Origin: Prevotella sp.
Lineage (GTDB): Bacteria > Bacteroidota > Bacteroidia > Bacteroidales > Dysgonomonadaceae
Reading direction: 5' to 3'
NCBI GenBank assembly: GCA_031285625.1
Contig: JAITVV010000007.1
Coordinates: forward strand, 96,001-160,000
Length of the DNA stretch: 64,000 nucleotides
In this document: in pieces, positions 58,797 through 64,000 of the stretch
Numbering within the stretch: position 1 is the first letter of the stretch
Layout: the number at the start of each line of letters is the position of its first letter
Program-made: the position numbers and the translations under genes
Notes under the pieces: generated by a model
The model's input: the letters and a program-made list of their open reading frames with translations, nothing else
The model's database searches: none
Told to the model about the DNA's origin: nothing

Positions 58797-60647
58797 TTAT
58801 TTTTCCAATTCGTTCAGATTTTCATCTAAAGCTTCGATTTTCTTCACCAGTAAGTCCATTTCCGTCTTCAGATTCTCTATTTTATTATTTACATCTTTCA
58901 ATAATCCACTTGCACCTTTAGAAGAAATAGATAAGAAATTCATATTGTTTTCATACGTCTGGAGATCAGATTTCACCTTATTATATTGATGCATCAGATG
59001 GTCGCGTTCTTTATACAGAGCCCTTTTCGGATTATCCTGTCTTGAAAGGTTATCTCTTACATTCGATTTGAATGATTCGAAACGACGTTCTGTTTTATCT
59101 ACTTTCAATCGATCGTAATGGGCGTCAACTGCCTGATGGAATTCTTTATAGATCTTATCTTTTTCTTTAAACGGAACAAAACCAATCTTATGCCACTCAT
59201 CTGCCAAAGCACGAACTTGCGCAATTAGTTCTGAAGGGTCAAGTGATTCATCTACATTTTTAATCTTCTCTATAATTTCTTTTTTAGCTGCTAAGTTTTC
59301 CAGTTCCTCACCTTTCTGAGAATACTCATTTTTCTTCTTTTGTTCAAAGAAATAATCACAAGCTGTTACAAACTCTTTCCAGATAGCATCAGAGAACTTA
59401 CGAGGAACAGGCCCAATGGTTTTCCATTCTTTCTGAATCGCAATAAGTTTATCTGCAGTCGATTTCCAATCAGTACTATCTTTCAAGGCAACAGCCTGCT
59501 CTGTCAAAGCACGCTTTTTCTCAAGGTTTTCGTCCATTTCGTTTCTCACCCCCTTAAAGAATTCACTCTTCCTTTCAAAGAATGTATCACAAAGAGAACG
59601 AAATTCTTCGAAAATCTGATTATTAACCTTTTTAGGAACAAAACCAATGGTTTTCCATTTGGCTTGAAGTTCTATCACCTCTTTGCTCTTCTCATCCCAT
59701 TCTTTAAATGAGGTAAGAAGAGAATAGTCAATATTCTTTAATATTTCACAAATAGCAGTCTTTTCAGCAAGATTTTCCTCTTCCCTGCCCTTTAGTGATT
59801 CAAAGTGAGTCTGATAGTTTTTATTTATTGCTGTGGATGCATTTTTAAAACGAGTCCAAATCTCTTCTCTCAGTTCTCTGGCAACAGGACCAATCCCACG
59901 CCATTGCTGATGAAAATTCTGCAATTGGTGAAAAGCCGATACAGAATCTGTATCATCCACAAGTTTTTCTACCGATTCACAAATGGCCGTTTTCAATTCC
60001 AGATTCTTCTTAAAATCGTAATCACGGAATTCATTATTTATTTTTATCAGGTCATAAAACTTCTCGGTATATATCTGATAAGATTTCCAAAGTTCTTTTT
60101 CTTTCGATTGTGGAATCAATGTAATCTCATTCCACTGTTGCTGCAAGTCTTTAAACTCTTTATACAGCTTACTAAAGTCATCAGAGCTTTCAGTAATATT
60201 CTTTATCGAATCTATTATCTGGAGTTTCTTCTTATAATTTTCTTCCTTGAGGTTTTCTTCTGCCGCAGCCTGACTGGCACGCTTTTCTTTTATATCATTC
60301 AGAAAAGTTTTTAAAACATCTTCACTCGGATCAGGAGCCGGGGTGAAAGCTTCTGCTTCATTTCCTTGTTCCACAAACTCAGCCCTTTGAGCTTCTATTG
60401 CAGCAGAACGCAATTTATAGAAGGCCTGCTTAAGGGACTCAACTTCATGGCGAGGCGGAACTTCTGACTGCGTAGCCAAATTTTTTAACTTTTCAATAAT
60501 TTCATCTTTGGTCAAAGACGGACTCTTTGCCACCGAAGTCTCTGTAGTTACTTCCGATTGCACCTTCACAACTTCTTCTGCAGGTTGATTTGTGATATCT
60601 TCAGATAGATTGTTCTCAGGCAATTCTGGATTTAGGTTCTCGTTCAT
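58797..60647 (-). CDS. DUF349 repeat protein
   Basis: About five helical repeats ENL..K..I.E.....LQ..W..IG.VP......W..F....D.F. Confidence 0.92.
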   Translation of the reverse strand: MNENLNPELPENNLSEDITNQPAEEVVKVQSEVTTETSVAKSPSLTKDEIIEKLKNLATQSEVPPRHEVESLKQAFYKLRSAAIEAQRAEFVEQGNEAEAFTPAPDPSEDVLKTFLNDIKEKRASQAAAEENLKEENYKKKLQIIDSIKNITESSDDFSKLYKEFKDLQQQWNEITLIPQSKEKELWKSYQIYTEKFYDLIKINNEFRDYDFKKNLELKTAICESVEKLVDDTDSVSAFHQLQNFHQQWRGIGPVARELREEIWTRFKNASTAINKNYQTHFESLKGREEENLAEKTAICEILKNIDYSLLTSFKEWDEKSKEVIELQAKWKTIGFVPKKVNNQIFEEFRSLCDTFFERKSEFFKGVRNEMDENLEKKRALTEQAVALKDSTDWKSTADKLIAIQKEWKTIGPVPRKFSDAIWKEFVTACDYFFEQKKKNEYSQKGEELENLAAKKEIIEKIKNVDESLDPSELIAQVRALADEWHKIGFVPFKEKDKIYKEFHQAVDAHYDRLKVDKTERRFESFKSNVRDNLSRQDNPKRALYKERDHLMHQYNKVKSDLQTYENNMNFLSISSKGASGLLKDVNNKIENLKTEMDLLVKKIEALDENLNELEK

Positions 60648-60765
60648 ATAGTTAGTTTTTAGAATGAAAGGCTATGCCTCAAGTTTTTCACAAAGCAAAT
60701 TAATGATTTTTTTTTGTGATTTCAACTATGAGAGCATACCTTTTTTAAATATTCACTTATAAAAG

Positions 60766-63700
60766 TTAATTTTCACGTCTTTCGCGTAAACGCTGCTTCC
60801 TTTTTTCTTCGGCTTGCCTCTCTTTTTCTTTGCGTTCCTGCTCCCTTGCTTTCTCTTTTTCCTTACGCTCCTGCTCTCGCTGACGAAGACGTTCTTTCTG
60901 CAAGCGCTCTTTTTCTTTCCGTTCTGCTTCTTTCTGTTTACGCTGATCCTCTCTAGCCTTCACTGCAGCTCTTGCAGCATCTTCTTTTTGTTTTTCCTCC
61001 AATCGTTTCTGCTCATCGGCTTGCTTCTTTGCTGCTTTTATCGAATCTTCCGCAGCTTTTTCTTCTCTAGCTATAGAGTCTGTTCTGGCTTTCTCTACTT
61101 TCTTTATAGAATCCTGTTGTGCTTTCAGGGCTGCTTTCTGTTCTCTTTCCAGTTGTTTACGCTGTTTCTCTTCCTCCTTCAAGGCTTCTTTTTCTTCCTT
61201 GGTCAGTTTTTCCCTGTTCTTATATTTATCAAACAGATTCTTTATACCATCTACAGGATTATTAATTACATCTTCGACATTCTCAATAACATTATTTACA
61301 TCCCCGACTTTTTCCAGCTGATCTTTAGTTAGCAGGTCATCTGCTGTAATTTGTTTATTATTATCCGCTTGTTGAACCGGCTCTTCTTTAGACTTGTCTG
61401 TCACAATTAGTGTTTCAATTTCCGGATCAGATTTTGTTTTATCCGGGGCTTCGTCCGTTAACGTTGGTATCTCTTCTACCGGATTTTCTTCAGTAATTTC
61501 TATCGTTGGCTCGGTAGCGATGTATTCTACCCCATTCCAGGAAGCGATCAACTGAGGCAATTGTTGCGCAAAGTGCTCACTAAAGTAAGACATATATTTA
61601 TCCAATCCCAGACGTGGCAATACATTTATATAGTTATCAGTAGAAATAGGCAATACCAAAATAGATGTATCAAGTTTGTGTATAAGCCCCCCTTCATTAA
61701 ATGCCTTAGTAAGATAAGACCTGATAGCAGCAAACGAACTAAAACCTTTCATTTGCATAACATCGTATGGAGGATCGTTATCAAAACTTAAATCGAATGT
61801 CTGGATTACATAATTTGAGAAGTTATAATCGGCAACCTCATATAATAGTTCATTTCTGTCAATCGTATTAGGCTTGAACATTAATAATAACATATAAGGA
61901 ATATCCAGAGTATCGGAATACTGTAAGACTTTGCCCTTTCCTTCGGCAAGAACATCATCTTTATCATATGCCTTACTCCAATCAAAATCCGTAATAGGTG
62001 TTCCATCCGAAAGTAGAATCTTACCTTCTTTAACCCTTGCTAATATCTCGGATGCCAAAGGAGTCACATCTGCTTTCGGATATTTCTCAACCAACTCTGT
62101 TAAGCTGGTTTCCAGACCATAAGCATCACGTACCTGAGCATATGTGAGAGCATTCAACAATGTAAAGTTCGACATAAGATCTGTAAACGGATACTTCGTA
62201 TTCATTGATTGATAATTGCGCCTCACAACATCTACATCACCTCTACGATATGCATTATACGCCTCATTATACAATGAATCCTGCAAGCTGGCCATATGCC
62301 TGAAATTCCATTCATAATCAGGCTGTGAAACAGGCTCTGCATATTTTCCGGAAGGGAATTCTGCTAATAGCTTAGAACGGTAGAAGGACATCATATTACT
62401 ATCACCCGTACGCATATATATCAGCAATAACTGATAGTATATTTCTTCAAGATTAGGTGTATAAGGGAAACGCCTAATATCAGTATTAAAGGCATCGATA
62501 GCCAGTTCCATATCGCCCAGTTTATCCTTATAAATCAAGCCCATACTAAACAGAGCATCTTCGATCAATACATTAGATGATTCTATAGCTTCCGGAGTAA
62601 ATGGTAACTGCTGTAAATAATACTCAACAGAATATCTATCATCAACCACACTCTTTGGCTTATCTGTTCCTGCCTCAAGATTTCCTTTTACATCAGAATC
62701 TATAGAATCTGCTTCATTAGCTATATCAAGATCCGAAAATCCGGTAGATACCTTATTCCTCCTACGCCAGTTATCCTCAAGTTTACGTGTACCCCATTGT
62801 TGCTGAAAAGCTATTTTCCCTTGATTTACAGCCTGCTCATTATAGAAATAGAAAGTACTTCCCTGCTGAGCATTTATCACCGGATTAGTCGCTGTAGGTG
62901 TTGGCGAATTAAATAAACTTTCTTCAACATCATTCCACGAAGATATGCGTTGCTCTCTTTCCTCTATCCGTCTTTGATTTTCTTGCTCTTTGAGCAGATT
63001 CTCTTCTTCTTTTTTTAACGCGGCAATCTTATCATTGATTATTTGCAAACGTTCCGCTTCGGGCAATTGAGCTATATACTGCAAGCTATCCTGTTCTTCT
63101 ACAACTTTTACATGAACAACAAGCTCATCCAATACACTCGAACGAAGTGCTACCCGGGGATAGTCTACATGATTTTTTTTCAATAAAGGTAATGCCTCCG
63201 AATAGCATGGTTGAGCCAAAACAAATTCACGTTGAGTAAAATACACATCGCCAAGTCTCACCTGAGCCATGGCTTTATCATACCCATTACGTGTACTTTC
63301 TTTTATGGCTTTCCTGTAATTGTCAATGGCTTTGACGGTATCCATCTTCTCAAGATAGACATTTCCAAGAGTCGAATATACCTGATCTAAATATTCCTTA
63401 TTCCTTTCTTTTTTTGCCATACCTGATAAGATAGACAGGGCTTTTTCTTTCCCGGGAGAATCATCTAAAAGAATCTGTTGCAGTTGAGCATTAAATGTAT
63501 ATTTATACGGTGTGCTCATCCCTTTTACCGAGGCAAAGGCTTTATCGGCTTTTGTTTTATCTCCCATATTGGCATAAATTTGTCCTAAGAGATATTTCAT
63601 CCGAATTTTCTGTAGTTTATTTTTTTCTTTCTTTATTGCTAATTCCAATAATGGAATTGCAGTTTGGTATTCATTACTATAAACCAAATAGTTAGCCTTA

Positions 63701-64000
63701 ATCAGCGAATAAAGTCCCTGGAATTTTTCAGGTGGGCCTCCCGCAATCTCCATTTTGTGTAATACATTACCAGCTTCGTACAACCATCCCATTTCAGTGT
63801 ATGCTCTGGCTATCCAAAGTTGACACTCAGCTACAATTTCAGGATTGGTACTATATATCTTTGTTATATATAAAAAGGTGGTTATTGCCTGTAAGTAATC
63901 CCCATCCTGAAATTCGGCCTTGGCGAGTAACAGCCATACCTGATCCATAAAAGGAGTGTACTCCTTTTGTTTAAGCCAGGCCTGATATTCAGCATCGTTC
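60766..64000 (-). CDS. sprE: SprE/PorW-like TPR protein of the type IX secretion system; 5' end lies beyond the window
   Basis: TPR repeats, EQDSLQYIA, FYFYNEQAVNQGKIAFQQQWGTRKLEDNWRR signature. The frame stays open upstream of 63948 (NDAEYQAWLKQKEYTPF). Confidence 0.8.
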   Translation of the reverse strand, partial: NDAEYQAWLKQKEYTPFMDQVWLLLAKAEFQDGDYLQAITTFLYITKIYSTNPEIVAECQLWIARAYTEMGWLYEAGNVLHKMEIAGGPPEKFQGLYSLIKANYLVYSNEYQTAIPLLELAIKKEKNKLQKIRMKYLLGQIYANMGDKTKADKAFASVKGMSTPYKYTFNAQLQQILLDDSPGKEKALSILSGMAKKERNKEYLDQVYSTLGNVYLEKMDTVKAIDNYRKAIKESTRNGYDKAMAQVRLGDVYFTQREFVLAQPCYSEALPLLKKNHVDYPRVALRSSVLDELVVHVKVVEEQDSLQYIAQLPEAERLQIINDKIAALKKEEENLLKEQENQRRIEEREQRISSWNDVEESLFNSPTPTATNPVINAQQGSTFYFYNEQAVNQGKIAFQQQWGTRKLEDNWRRRNKVSTGFSDLDIANEADSIDSDVKGNLEAGTDKPKSVVDDRYSVEYYLQQLPFTPEAIESSNVLIEDALFSMGLIYKDKLGDMELAIDAFNTDIRRFPYTPNLEEIYYQLLLIYMRTGDSNMMSFYRSKLLAEFPSGKYAEPVSQPDYEWNFRHMASLQDSLYNEAYNAYRRGDVDVVRRNYQSMNTKYPFTDLMSNFTLLNALTYAQVRDAYGLETSLTELVEKYPKADVTPLASEILARVKEGKILLSDGTPITDFDWSKAYDKDDVLAEGKGKVLQYSDTLDIPYMLLLMFKPNTIDRNELLYEVADYNFSNYVIQTFDLSFDNDPPYDVMQMKGFSSFAAIRSYLTKAFNEGGLIHKLDTSILVLPISTDNYINVLPRLGLDKYMSYFSEHFAQQLPQLIASWNGVEYIATEPTIEITEENPVEEIPTLTDEAPDKTKSDPEIETLIVTDKSKEEPVQQADNNKQITADDLLTKDQLEKVGDVNNVIENVEDVINNPVDGIKNLFDKYKNREKLTKEEKEALKEEEKQRKQLEREQKAALKAQQDSIKKVEKARTDSIAREEKAAEDSIKAAKKQADEQKRLEEKQKEDAARAAVKAREDQRKQKEAERKEKERLQKERLRQREQERKEKEKAREQERKEKERQAEEKRKQRLRERREN

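Noticed and set aside
60814-61332. 172-aa Phe/Leu-rich + strand ORF that looks like a membrane protein
   Set aside because: It is the reverse complement of the Glu/Lys/Arg-rich tail of the SprE-like gene.

Overview
AT-rich Bacteroidota chromosomal window, probably Dysgonomonas-like (SusC/SusD pair, TAnnTTTG promoters, a T9SS SprE/PorW-like gene). From left to right: (1) a MarR-RND efflux operon divergent from a LytS/LytTR two-component pair; (2) GH2 and an aldo-keto reductase; (3) a surface-structure region with three tandem secreted paralogues, an HTH protein, a type V fimbrial pilin and an AraC regulator; (4) a DbpA-like helicase; (5) a ~23 kb LacI-regulated polysaccharide utilisation locus (FucP, two GH116, DUF6786-like protein, FucI, SusC/D, two GH172, ribulokinase, PHP phosphodiesterase) that reads as a D-arabinan/D-arabinofuranoside pathway rather than a fucose pathway; (6) an RhlE-like helicase, then nikR plus a TonB-dependent receptor with paired operators; (7) a putative Ntox23 toxin and lipoprotein pair; (8) a speD/DUF4178/DUF350/membrane-speE polyamine operon next to an SPFH and Zn-ribbon pair; (9) a self-contained three-gene operon encoding two proteins that resemble divergent Ku by eye plus an ATP-dependent DNA ligase with a WGR-like tail, which is the best candidate for an undescribed system; (10) DUF349 and a partial sprE/porW. 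Family assignments come from motif recognition by eye; no searches were run.
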